Assembly: GCA_965223415.1 (NCBI GenBank) | Contig: OZ245002.1 | Span: 4,192,001-4,256,000, forward strand | DNA: 64,000 nucleotides | Direction of reading: 5' to 3' | DNA from: Myxococcota bacterium | GTDB lineage: Bacteria > Myxococcota_A > UBA9160 > UBA6930 | Part shown: piece after piece, positions 1-9,056 of the stretch | How the letters are laid out: each line of letters opens with the position of its first letter | How positions within the stretch are numbered: position 1 is the stretch's first letter | Position numbers and translations under genes: made by a program | The notes under the pieces: generated by a model | What the model was told of the DNA's origin: nothing | The model's database searches: none | The model's input: only the letters and a program-made list of their open reading frames with translations

Positions 1-2
1 TT

Positions 3-623
3 CATCGCCGGAACCCTGTTCGGGAGATCGAGATCGTCCGCGGCTTCGAGGACGGCCCGTTCGTCTTTCTGCACGTCGTCCAGAACCTGAACAACGGCGA
101 GTTCCGATACGTGACTGCCGACATCTTCGAAACGGACGCCGATGCGAAGATGGTGGAGCACTGGGACATCATCGCCGAGATGGCGGATGAGACGGTCTCC
201 GGGCACACCCAAGTCGACGGCCCGACGGAGCCGGCGGACCTCGACAAGACGAACGCGAACAAGGCCCACGTCATCCGCTTCCTGAACGACGTTCTCAAGA
301 ACGGAGAGTACGACAAGCTCACTGACTACATCTCTCCGACGAGCTACACGCAGCACAACCCGGAGATCGGCGACGGGCTCGAGGGGCTCGGCGGGTTCGT
401 CGAAGCGCTGGCAGAAGAGGGCTCTTCCATGGTCTACGAAGAGATCCACCGGGTCATCGGCTGCGGAAGCTTCGTTGCGGCGCTTTCGAAGATGAGGCTC
501 GGGGGAGCCGAGATGGCGGTGATCGATCTCTTCCGAGTCGAAGATGGTCTCATCGTCGAGCACTGGGATGTGATGGAAGAGATTTCTCCGAGAGAGGATT
601 GGGTCAACAGTGGGAAGTTCTGA
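3..623 (+). CDS. SnoaL/NTF2-like two-domain protein, 5' partial
   Basis: The frame is open from base 3 (HRRNPVREIEIVRGFEDGPFVFLH...). Two repeats end in VEHWD, and YTQHNP..GDG is present, as in SnoaL-like proteins. Confidence 0.8.
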   Translation, partial: HRRNPVREIEIVRGFEDGPFVFLHVVQNLNNGEFRYVTADIFETDADAKMVEHWDIIAEMADETVSGHTQVDGPTEPADLDKTNANKAHVIRFLNDVLKNGEYDKLTDYISPTSYTQHNPEIGDGLEGLGGFVEALAEEGSSMVYEEIHRVIGCGSFVAALSKMRLGGAEMAVIDLFRVEDGLIVEHWDVMEEISPREDWVNSGKF

Positions 624-637
624 ACGGGGGCACCTAG

Positions 638-2162
638 CCCTGATCCGGCATTGCGAGGTGTAGGGAAAGCCCGGAATTGAAAGTGGCTCCGTCGGTGTGC
701 TTGATGGAAGTGCCAACCACCATCATGCCTCCGAGGAGCCACATTCGTGAAGCTAAGCAGACACCGGATTCGAGCCCGCGTCAAGGGCGAATTGTCGATC
801 GCCTTCACGGATGAGGCGCTGACGAGCTACGGCGGGCTGGAGCTGTTCCGGCGCTTCTTCGACCGCTTTTGGGCAGAGCGCCTGAAAGCGGCCTTTGCGG
901 ATCGGGCGTTCGACTCGGACTACGGATCCTTCCGCTGCATGCTGGTGGTGGTGGGGATGCTGCTGCTGGGAGGGAGCCGTCTCTCGCATGTCCGGGTGCT
1001 CGATCGGGATCCGTTGTTTCGGCGGTTCGTCCGATTGCAGCGGCTTCCGGACGAGCGGACCCTGGCGAGGAACCTGAAGGAGCTGACGTCGGGCTACCGC
1101 GATCGTCTGAACGAACTGCTGCGGGACATGGCCTATGGAACCCACACAGGGCTCGGCTTGGAGCGGGCCACGATCGAGCTGGACGGCACCGTGCTTCGGA
1201 CGGGCGAGTACGTGGACGGCGCCGAGCGCGGCTTCAACCCACATCACCCGAAGGACCCGTCCTACTACCCGCTGACGGCGCACCTGGCGCAGACGAGCCA
1301 GCTGCTCGGCGTATGGAACCGGCCGGGCAATGTGAACGATGCGGTGGGCGCTGCGGAGAAGCTGGCCTTTCTCCTGGGCGACGCGAAGCGGCGCCTCGAT
1401 CGGGTCCCGATCGAGGTGCGGCTCGATGGCGCCTTCTTCCAGAAGGCCGTTCTCGAGGTTCTCACGGCCTCTCGCGTGGAGTACGCCCTCAAGGTCCCCA
1501 TGTGGCGCTGGCTCGGCGTGCGTGAGAAGATCGCCGCCCGGAAGCGTTGGCACCGCGTCAACGCGAGCGTCGACGCCTTCTCCGTCGTCCACCGGATCCC
1601 ACAGTGGAAGCGCTGCGAGCGGATCGTGGTGTTCCGCAAGAAGGTCTCCGGGCGAAGCGCGAAGAACTTCCAGCTCGACCTCTTCACCCCGGACGATGGC
1701 CACTACGAGTACTCGATGGTCGCGACGAACAAGCGGACCAGCGAGGCCGCCGTCTGGGCCTTCATGGCCGGACGCGGCGGCCACGAGAAGACGCTGGCCG
1801 AGCTCAAACAGCACCTGGCGTTCGCCACCATCCCGACCCAGGACTGGGACGCCAACAGCAACTGGCAGCTGCTCAGTGCCCTGACCCACAACCTGGTGCG
1901 GGACTTCCAAGCCACGCTTGGCCTGCCAGAGCGACCCAACGGCCGAAAGCGGACCGCCCGGCTCCGCTTCCCCTCGCTCCGCACGCTCCGCTTCGAGCTG
2001 ATCCAGCTCCCTGGCCGCATCGCTCGGCCTGCCGGACGCGCTTCGCTCCGAATCGCCGCGTCCTCGCGCAGCCGCTCCACCATCCGGGCCGCCGAGACCG
2101 CGCTCGCCGCGTGAGCCCGCCAGACCTACGCTCGGATCCGTGATCTCAATGCCGGATCAGGG
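638..2162 (+). mobile_element. IS1380-family insertion sequence
   Basis: Terminal inverted repeats CCCTGATCCGGCATTG (638-653) and CAATGCCGGATCAGGG (2147-2162) are flanked by CTAG on both sides (634-637, 2163-2166) and enclose a DDE transposase. Confidence 0.9.
747..2114 (+). CDS. IS1380-family DDE transposase
   Basis: Motifs LTSYGGL, IELDGT (D), YYPL, RPGN, VRLDGAF (D) and RGGHEKTLAELK (E); 455 aa between TIRs. Confidence 0.9.
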   Translation: MKLSRHRIRARVKGELSIAFTDEALTSYGGLELFRRFFDRFWAERLKAAFADRAFDSDYGSFRCMLVVVGMLLLGGSRLSHVRVLDRDPLFRRFVRLQRLPDERTLARNLKELTSGYRDRLNELLRDMAYGTHTGLGLERATIELDGTVLRTGEYVDGAERGFNPHHPKDPSYYPLTAHLAQTSQLLGVWNRPGNVNDAVGAAEKLAFLLGDAKRRLDRVPIEVRLDGAFFQKAVLEVLTASRVEYALKVPMWRWLGVREKIAARKRWHRVNASVDAFSVVHRIPQWKRCERIVVFRKKVSGRSAKNFQLDLFTPDDGHYEYSMVATNKRTSEAAVWAFMAGRGGHEKTLAELKQHLAFATIPTQDWDANSNWQLLSALTHNLVRDFQATLGLPERPNGRKRTARLRFPSLRTLRFELIQLPGRIARPAGRASLRIAASSRSRSTIRAAETALAA

Positions 2163-2658
2163 CTAGGAACACCGGCATGAGCGAGACAGGTCTACCGAGC
2201 TGGAAGGCGACCGTCGCTGCGGCCATCGAAGTCGCGACGTCCGACCTGAAGCCGGCCGTCTCCATCAATGAGCTCCGCCCGCTGGACGAAGCAGTGGGGC
2301 TGCAGCACGTAGGGAAGCAGCCGGGCTTCGGCTCGCGGGAGTCTGCTGCAAGCAGCGGCGGCGCTCCCTGACGATGAACGGCTACGAGGCCAACGGATTC
2401 ACTCCCGCGGCCAGTGCCAGGTTCAGGGATCGCATCAGAGAAGGGGGTACGCGCCCCGCGAGAGTTCCTTGAGCATCTGCGCTCGCGGCCGCGACGTCGC
2501 TGCCCGACGTACCCCCCGTGGCTAGAGGCGTGGCGGAGCGAGGCTCCGGCGAGCTCAAGTGCCTGATGTTGCGGCGCAAACTCGAATCCACAGCGTGTTC
2601 GGTTCGCGCTGGATCGGAATCTGTCCGGGTAGCGAGGCCCTGCGGTAGCATGAGGTCC

Positions 2659-3063
2659 ATGTGCCGAACGAGGATCCCCATCCTGGGACTCTGCGTCCTC
2701 ACCGTCGCCCAGATGGGCTGCATGACGGCCATCGCGGCCTTCCAGCCCGAGATCGATGGGTCGACGATCGTCATCACGACCACCGATGCGGACGGGACCT
2801 CGCGCGAGCGGGTGCTGTCGCCCATCGACGACGACGGGCGGCTCTTCGTCGCCGCGAACCACTGGCCGCGCGCGTGGTACCGGCGCGCGCTCGCCGATCC
2901 GGAGGTGAGCGTTACCCGCGACGGCCAGACCACCGACTACCTCGCGGTCCCCGTCAGCGAGGAGGAGCGCGAGCGGCTCCTCGACGATTCCGGGTTCCCG
3001 CGGGTCGGCTACCTGTTCACCGGCTTTGCACCGAGGCAGTTCCTCCGGCTGGATCCGCGCTAG
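2659..3063 (+). CDS. Nitroreductase/deazaflavin-dependent (split-barrel, DUF385/DUF2255-like) protein with hydrophobic N-terminus
   Basis: ITTTDADG, WYRRALADPEVSV and FLRLDPR patterns. Start placed 7 nt after TAGCAT. Confidence 0.6.
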   Translation: MCRTRIPILGLCVLTVAQMGCMTAIAAFQPEIDGSTIVITTTDADGTSRERVLSPIDDDGRLFVAANHWPRAWYRRALADPEVSVTRDGQTTDYLAVPVSEEERERLLDDSGFPRVGYLFTGFAPRQFLRLDPR

Positions 3064-3198
3064 GGCCCCCGAGCCAGAGGCTCAACGTCGGGATTCGTCG
3101 AGTCCGAGCGCCCCCTTCCGCGCCCGCGCCAACGCTCTTTCCGACCCGGCTGCGCTAGAGCTCCCGGGTCTGCGAAGCGGCGCTTCGTTCGCCGAGCG

Positions 3199-3639
3199 TC
3201 AGCTCGGCGCGGCGGGGATCACCAGTACGGGCCGGTCGGACCGGTGTACCAGCTTGTTGGTCAGGGAACCCATCCCGAGACGGCCGGCGGCCCCGTGGCC
3301 CCGGCTGCCCACCACGATGACGGCGGCTTCCACCTCGTCGGCGTGGTCAAGGAGCGCCTGGCAGACGTCGCCGGCGCAGACGTGGGCCCGGGCCGGCACC
3401 TCCGCCTCGGCCAGGAGCAGCTCGAGGGCGCGGCGCGATTCCTCCGCCTGCTCTTCCTGGAGGCGCTCCACGGCGGCGCGGCTCCCCTTCGAGCTTCCGA
3501 ACAGGGGCCGGAGCTCCGGCCTCACGTGGACCAGCTCGACGCGGCCGCTCAAGTCCTCGGCCAGGCGGAACGCCGCGCGAGCCGCGGCCTCCGCATGGGT
3601 CGAGAAGTCCGTCGCCACCAGGATGACGCTGTCCTGCAT
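3199..3639 (-). CDS. Universal stress protein (UspA family)
   Basis: ILVATDFS, LVHV, VIVVGSRGHG, MGS...LVHRSDRPVLVIP. Confidence 0.9.
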   Translation of the reverse strand: MQDSVILVATDFSTHAEAAARAAFRLAEDLSGRVELVHVRPELRPLFGSSKGSRAAVERLQEEQAEESRRALELLLAEAEVPARAHVCAGDVCQALLDHADEVEAAVIVVGSRGHGAAGRLGMGSLTNKLVHRSDRPVLVIPAAPS

Positions 3640-3690
3640 GGTCGGGGAGACTAGCGGTCGTCGCCCCGGTCCAGAAGTTCGGGAGCCGGC

Positions 3691-5277
3691 GTGCGGCGCT
3701 ATGGTGGTTGGCCGAAGCTCAGCGAGCTCCTGAGGGAGAAGGGGGGCCGCAGCATCTCGCCGGGAGCGCCCGTCTCGGGGTCCGCAAACCCGCAGCTCCG
3801 GCTCGTCCTCGGGCGAGCCGTGGCCTTCCTCGGCTTGCTGCTTCTGGCCGGAGCCGCAGGGGCCGCCGGCGCGGAGGGCGAGGCCCACGGCGCAGCGAAC
3901 CACTCGGATCCCTTCGCCTTCGTCGTCCTCGGCCTGGCCGCCGTGATCACGGTCGCCATGATCGGGCGCTGGCTTGCCGGCCGATTCCGCCAACCCCCGG
4001 TGCTCGGGGAGCTGCTGATCGGCCTCGTCGTCGGCAACCTCGGCTACTGGCTCGGGCAGCCGATGTTCGCGCTGATCATGCACCTCGGCGACGCCCGCCC
4101 CGTCTTCAGGGAAGTCTTCCTCTCGGGCGAGGCCATCGCCGACGCGGCCGCGCGGGTACTGGGGCCCGAGAGCCTCGAAGACGGCGGACTCGCCGACGTG
4201 CTCCTCCCCCTCGTCACCGGTTCGGAGGGGCTGCCCCTGGTCTATGCGGGCTTCGCGCTGTCGCTCTTCTCGACGCTCGGGGTGCTGATCCTGGCCTTCA
4301 TGGTGGGGCTCCAATCCAGCGTCAGCGAGATGCGCGAGGTCGGTCGCCAGGCGAGCCTGGTGGCGATCGTCGGGGTGCTGGCGCCCTTCGTCCTCGGCCT
4401 CGGGGTCGCTCTCTGGCAGCTGCCCGAGGAGGGCATGCCCGCCCAGCTGTTCGTGGCCGCCACCCTGTGCGCCACCAGCGTCGGCATCACAGCGCGGGTG
4501 TTCATGGACCTCGACCGGATGCGGACCCCCGAGGCCCGCGTGATCCTCGGCGCCGCGGTGATCGACGACGTCCTGGGGCTCCTGCTGCTGGCCGTCGTGG
4601 CGGGCATCGCCGTCACGGGATACGCGGATCCCGTCGAGATGGCCCGGATCTCGGTGCTCGCGCTGCTCTTCCTGGGGACGGTGTTCTTCCTGGGCGAGCG
4701 CATCGCCCGAGGTGCCGCCTGGGTCTTCGAGCACCTGGACCGGCAGCAGGGGAAGCTCCTGTTCCCCCTTGCCCTCGCGTTCTTCCTGGCCTGGCTCGCG
4801 AATTCGATCCAGCTGGCCGCGATCGTGGGGGCCTTCGCGGCGGGGCTGATCGTCAGCGACGAGTACTTCGCCGAGGAGCCGAACGGGTGGAGGGTCGAGG
4901 ACCTGGTGCACCCCTTGGAGGCGATCTTCGCGCCGGTCTTCTTCGTCCTCATGGGGATGCAGGTGAATCTGGCTACGTTCTCCGAGCCCTCCACGCTGGC
5001 GATGGCGAGCGCCTTCACCGCGGCAGCCATCGTCGGCAAGCTGGCGGCGGGGGCACCGGCGGGCCGCGGCGTGGACCGGCTTTCGGTGGGATTGGGGATG
5101 ATCCCACGCGGCGAAGTTGGCCTCATCTTCGCGAGCATCGGCAAGGGGATCGGCGTCGTGAGCGACGCCGTCTTCTCGGCGATCGTGATCATGGTGATGG
5201 TGACCACCTTCCTCACGCCCGTCGCCCTGCGCTGGTCGATGGCCCGCGCGGAAGTGGCGCCCGCCGGCGCCGACTAG
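3691..5277 (+). CDS. Cation:proton antiporter, CPA2 (NapA/KefB-like); start uncertain
   Basis: QPPVLGELLIG, ATSVGITARV, GAAVIDDVLG, GMIPRGEVGLIFA; multiple TM segments. Confidence 0.9.
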   Translation: MRRYGGWPKLSELLREKGGRSISPGAPVSGSANPQLRLVLGRAVAFLGLLLLAGAAGAAGAEGEAHGAANHSDPFAFVVLGLAAVITVAMIGRWLAGRFRQPPVLGELLIGLVVGNLGYWLGQPMFALIMHLGDARPVFREVFLSGEAIADAAARVLGPESLEDGGLADVLLPLVTGSEGLPLVYAGFALSLFSTLGVLILAFMVGLQSSVSEMREVGRQASLVAIVGVLAPFVLGLGVALWQLPEEGMPAQLFVAATLCATSVGITARVFMDLDRMRTPEARVILGAAVIDDVLGLLLLAVVAGIAVTGYADPVEMARISVLALLFLGTVFFLGERIARGAAWVFEHLDRQQGKLLFPLALAFFLAWLANSIQLAAIVGAFAAGLIVSDEYFAEEPNGWRVEDLVHPLEAIFAPVFFVLMGMQVNLATFSEPSTLAMASAFTAAAIVGKLAAGAPAGRGVDRLSVGLGMIPRGEVGLIFASIGKGIGVVSDAVFSAIVIMVMVTTFLTPVALRWSMARAEVAPAGAD

Positions 5278-5481
5278 AAGATCGCGAGCACCACCGCGTC
5301 CTCGGGGACCAGGACCTGCGCGCCCAGCGGAGGACGACGGTCTCGATCGGGCCGGCGGGATCCGAGAACTTCCGGATCAGGCTCGGGCCGACCCCGTCCC
5401 CGCGGTGGGCCGAGACGAGCACGGCGGCGCTGCTGCGGCTTCCTCGGTCGCCCGCGCCATTCGGCCTGCTATGGATGGGAG

Positions 5482-6369
5482 ATGCCCTGGTTCAGCTACC
5501 ACGGAGGCCATTCGGGAGAGTTCTGCCGGCACGCCAAGGGCCGCCTCGAAGACGTGGTGGAGCGGGCCTGGCAGGCGGGCTTCACCCACTACGGCCTCAG
5601 CGAGCACTGTCCGCGGATCCGCACCGAAGACCTCTTCGACGACGAAGTCGATCTGGGCGTCGAGGGGCTCGAGCGGCTGTTTCGCGCCTACCGGATCGAG
5701 GCCCGAAGGCTGCAGGAGGCCTTCGGGGATCGGCTCGAGATCCTGGTCGGCTTCGAGACCGAGCGGCTCCCGCCCGACGGATGGGCCGGCACGATGAAGG
5801 GCCTACGCCACGACGTCGAGCCCGACTTCGTCATCGGCAGCGTCCACCACGTGGACGGCCGGTGCATCGACGAGTCGCGCGAGCGGACGGACGCGATCGC
5901 GCGAGCGCTCGGCGGCAGGACCGAGCTCCAGCGAGCCTACTTCGAGGACCTGGCGGAGCTCGTGACGACCCTTCGCCCCGAGGTGGTCGGCCACTTCGAC
6001 CTGGTCCGCAAGTTCGACGGGGAAGCGGCGGGCTTCGGCGACGACGTCTGGCCGGCGATCGCGCGCGCCCTCGAAGCCGTGCGCGAGACCGGCTCCGTTC
6101 TCGACGTGAACGCCGGCGCCCATCGCCGGGGGCTCTCGCCGGTCTACCCGCTGCCCGTGATCCTCGAGCGGGCCCGGGCCCTGGGGATCGGCGTCACCCT
6201 GGGCGACGACAGCCACGGCGCCCACGACGTGGGTGTCGGGCTCGACGCCTGTCTCGCCGCGATCGCCGCGGCCGGCTACACCGAGGTCGCGTACTTCGGC
6301 CGGGAGGGCGGGGGGCTCATCCGGCGCCACGCTCCTCTGGACGAGGTCGAGCCCCGCCCGCGCGCCTAG
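5482..6369 (+). CDS. Histidinol-phosphatase, PHP (HisJ) family
   Basis: HSGEFCRHA, GLSEH, GFETE, IGSVHH, GHFDL, GDDSH metal-binding motifs. Confidence 0.85.
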   Translation: MPWFSYHGGHSGEFCRHAKGRLEDVVERAWQAGFTHYGLSEHCPRIRTEDLFDDEVDLGVEGLERLFRAYRIEARRLQEAFGDRLEILVGFETERLPPDGWAGTMKGLRHDVEPDFVIGSVHHVDGRCIDESRERTDAIARALGGRTELQRAYFEDLAELVTTLRPEVVGHFDLVRKFDGEAAGFGDDVWPAIARALEAVRETGSVLDVNAGAHRRGLSPVYPLPVILERARALGIGVTLGDDSHGAHDVGVGLDACLAAIAAAGYTEVAYFGREGGGLIRRHAPLDEVEPRPRA

Positions 6370-6794
6370 GGGTGCATGTCCTCCCGCGCGACGTCCTTGA
6401 CGTGCGTCGCGAAGAACCACAGATGTCCCTCGGGATCCATGGCGCCGTAGCGACGATCCCCGTAGAACTGGTCCGCCGGAGGCTCGACGATCTCGGCACC
6501 GGCGGCCTTGGCCTTCGCGAAGTGCGCGTCGACGTCGTCCACATAGACGTAGATGTTGGCGGAGCCGGCGCCGGACTTCCTCGGGTTCTTGTAGTCGGGA
6601 CCCGGGTGCCCCATCATGATGCGCCCCTCGGCCAGGGTCATCTCCGCATGGGCGACCCCGCCGTCCGGCATCTCGATGCGCATGGCCTCGTCGAATCCGA
6701 ACGCCTCTCCGAGCCACGACAAGGCGGCGGCCACGTCTTCGTAGAGCAGGTAGGCACAGATGCGGGGCGTGTCTTCGGGCGGGTTCGCGGGCAT
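6366..6794 (-). CDS. VOC/glyoxalase-bleomycin resistance family protein
   Basis: AYLLYEDV, HAEM, YVYVDDVDAH, DQFYGDRRYGAMDPEGHLW. Confidence 0.9.
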   Translation of the reverse strand: MPANPPEDTPRICAYLLYEDVAAALSWLGEAFGFDEAMRIEMPDGGVAHAEMTLAEGRIMMGHPGPDYKNPRKSGAGSANIYVYVDDVDAHFAKAKAAGAEIVEPPADQFYGDRRYGAMDPEGHLWFFATHVKDVAREDMHP

Positions 6795-6837
6795 GGGGTC
6801 CTCCTGGATCGGGTGCTGGGAGGATTCCATCGATCGA

Positions 6838-6981
6838 TCGAATCGGCCAAGGCGGCTCACCGACGATGGCCTCGATCTGCTGCATTCCCATCTCCAGGAT
6901 TCTCCTCTCTTCCGCAACGCCGAGCGCGGTAGCTGTCTCGTGGACGTCGCCGTGATGGCCGATCTCGTGCCCCTTGCGTAG
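6838..6981 (-). pseudogene. Polysaccharide deacetylase (CE4/NodB-like) gene relic
   Basis: Intergenic frame reads LRKGHEIGHHGDVHETATALGVAEERRILEMGMQQIEAIVGEPP; the flanking domain parts are missing. Confidence 0.55.
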
Positions 6982-7083
6982 ATGGCTCCAGAGCCCGGGC
7001 GCGGAGCGTGATCGGACGGCCCGCGGCCTTCCGCCCCGGGCCCACGGCGGGTCGGATCGACCCTGTCCTGACCGCCAGCTCGC

Positions 7084-7776
7084 TCAGTCGCCGGTCGGCG
7101 TCGCAGCGGCCGTCGCGGCGAGGGCCTCCGGCGGGAGGTTCGCCGCCATGGCGGCTTCGTAGGCCGGGCGCGTCCGGATGCGCGCGACGTAGTCGTCCAG
7201 GGGCGCCGGCACCGGCGCCTTCACGAAGCGGGCCCACTCCAGGCAGGTCGTGAGGAGGAGGTCGGCGACCTGGAGGTGCTCGCCGAGCAGGCAGGGCCGG
7301 CCATCGGCCAGCCTCTTCGCCGCGACCGAGACCTGCCTCTCGAAGTAGCCGATCGACGACGCGACCGCGGCCGGCGCCTCGCCGTAGATCTCGGGAAGGC
7401 CGGCGTGGCGGCGCACGACGTAGAGCGCGGTCGCGTCCAGCTCCATGAGCACGAAGTGCACCCACTGGTCGTGGAGGCCGCGGTCCCGGGACCCGGCGGC
7501 GGGCTGGAAGCGGCCGGGGGCGTAGCGATCCGCCAGGTAGGACGTGATGGCCCCGCTCTCGGCCAGCACGAAGTCGTCCTCCACCAGCAGAGGGATCTTG
7601 CCGCGTGGATCGAGGGCGAGATACTCGGGCGTCCGGGTCTCCCCCGTCCGCGAGCCGATGGCGCGGCATGCGTAGTCGAGGTCGAGCTCCGCCAGCATCC
7701 AATGGACCCGGAGCGTGCGGGGCGTGCCGATGCCCCAGAGCGTGCGTTTTCGCACGGGGGCGACGGGGTCGGGCAT
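7084..7776 (-). CDS. Glutathione S-transferase family protein
   Basis: LRVHWMLAEL, PRGKIPLL, LAESGAI, VADLLL, RPAY. Confidence 0.9.
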   Translation of the reverse strand: MPDPVAPVRKRTLWGIGTPRTLRVHWMLAELDLDYACRAIGSRTGETRTPEYLALDPRGKIPLLVEDDFVLAESGAITSYLADRYAPGRFQPAAGSRDRGLHDQWVHFVLMELDATALYVVRRHAGLPEIYGEAPAAVASSIGYFERQVSVAAKRLADGRPCLLGEHLQVADLLLTTCLEWARFVKAPVPAPLDDYVARIRTRPAYEAAMAANLPPEALAATAAATPTGD

Positions 7777-7857
7777 CGGCGGTCTCCTCCTTCGGTGGAC
7801 AAGACTAGGCGACGCATCGATCGGGCGAGTCGCTAGCCTTCGGGAAGAGGGCGGGAC

Positions 7858-9009
7858 GTGAGCGGCGTCGGGAGCTTCGACTTCATCGTGATCGGCGCAG
7901 GGATCGCCGGCGCCTCGGCGGCCTACGAGCTGCAGCCCCACGGCGCGACGCTCCTGCTCGAGCGCGAGCCGCTGCCCGGCCAGCACACCACCGGGCGCTC
8001 CGCTGCCTTCCTGGTGGAGAGCTACGGCACCCGCACGGTGGGGCGCCTCACCCGAGGCGGCCGGGCGTTCCTCGAACGGCCACCGGACGGGTTCGCCGAG
8101 CATCCGCTGGTGACGCCGAGGCCCGTGCTGTGGGTCGCGCGCGACGATCAGCGCGAGAGCCTGGCGCGGGCGGCCCACGAGGGTCGCGACACCGGAGCCT
8201 CGATCGAGGCCGTCTCGCCCCGCGAGGCGAGGCAGCTGTGCCCGGCCCTCCGACCGGACTACCTGGCCGCCGCGCTCGTCGAGCCGAATGCCATGAGCAT
8301 CGATGTGGCGGGCCTGCTGGAGGGCTTCCTGCGCGGCCTGCGTCGCCGGGGCGGCGAGCTCGTCACCAAGGCCGACGTCGGCCGGATCGAGCGCGTGGCG
8401 GGGGCCTGGGAGGTCGAGGCCGGCGGTCGCCGCTGGCGTGCGCCGGTCGTCGTGAACGCAGCCGGCGCCTGGTGCGACGTGATGGCGGGGCTGGCCGGCG
8501 CGCGTCCGGTCGGTCTGCGGCCGCTGCGGCGCACCGCGGTCACCTTCGCCCCGCCCGCGGGCTGCGACATCCGCACCTGGCCCTGCGTGATCGACGCCGA
8601 CGAGGACTTCTACGTCAAGCCCGAGGGCGTGCAGCTGTTGGCGTCGCCCTGCGACGAGAGCCCTTCGGAGCCCTGTGACGCGGCGGCCGAGGACTACGAC
8701 GTGGCCCTGGCCGTCGATCGCGCGCAGCGGGCGCTGGACCTGGAGATCGTCAGCTTGTCCGGGCGCTGGGCGGGGCTGCGCAGCTTCGTCGCGGACCGCT
8801 CGCCGGTGATCGGCGCGGATCCGGAGCGGGCCGGGTTCTTCTGGCTGGCCGGGCAGGGCGGCTTCGGCATCATGACCTCTTCCGCCGCCGCCCGCGCCGC
8901 CGCCGGCCTGATCGTGGAGGGGCGCCTGCCGGACGACCTCGCTGCCCTGGGCCTCACTTCGCCAGATCTCTCGCCGGGGCGCGCCGCACTCTCCGCCTCG
9001 AGGAAGTGA
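7858..9009 (+). CDS. FAD-dependent oxidoreductase (DAO family, D-arginine dehydrogenase-like)
   Basis: IGAGIAG, TGRSAA, NAAGAW, WAGLRSF, AGQGGFGIMTS. Confidence 0.85.
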   Translation: MSGVGSFDFIVIGAGIAGASAAYELQPHGATLLLEREPLPGQHTTGRSAAFLVESYGTRTVGRLTRGGRAFLERPPDGFAEHPLVTPRPVLWVARDDQRESLARAAHEGRDTGASIEAVSPREARQLCPALRPDYLAAALVEPNAMSIDVAGLLEGFLRGLRRRGGELVTKADVGRIERVAGAWEVEAGGRRWRAPVVVNAAGAWCDVMAGLAGARPVGLRPLRRTAVTFAPPAGCDIRTWPCVIDADEDFYVKPEGVQLLASPCDESPSEPCDAAAEDYDVALAVDRAQRALDLEIVSLSGRWAGLRSFVADRSPVIGADPERAGFFWLAGQGGFGIMTSSAAARAAAGLIVEGRLPDDLAALGLTSPDLSPGRAALSASRK

Positions 9010-9056
9010 GGATTGTCCGATGGCGGGGGAGCGGCTCCCGGGCGTAGGATCCTCTC

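Noticed and set aside
2177..2371. 64-aa ORF next to the IS right end
   Set aside because: No recognisable motif or RBS; it could be a fragment but cannot be supported.
3708..6932. Very long alternative-frame and antisense ORFs (for example 1074 aa here, 48126-51776, 42179-44827, 51912-53705)
   Set aside because: These are R/P/G/A-rich shadow frames expected at this GC content, and they overlap well-supported genes.
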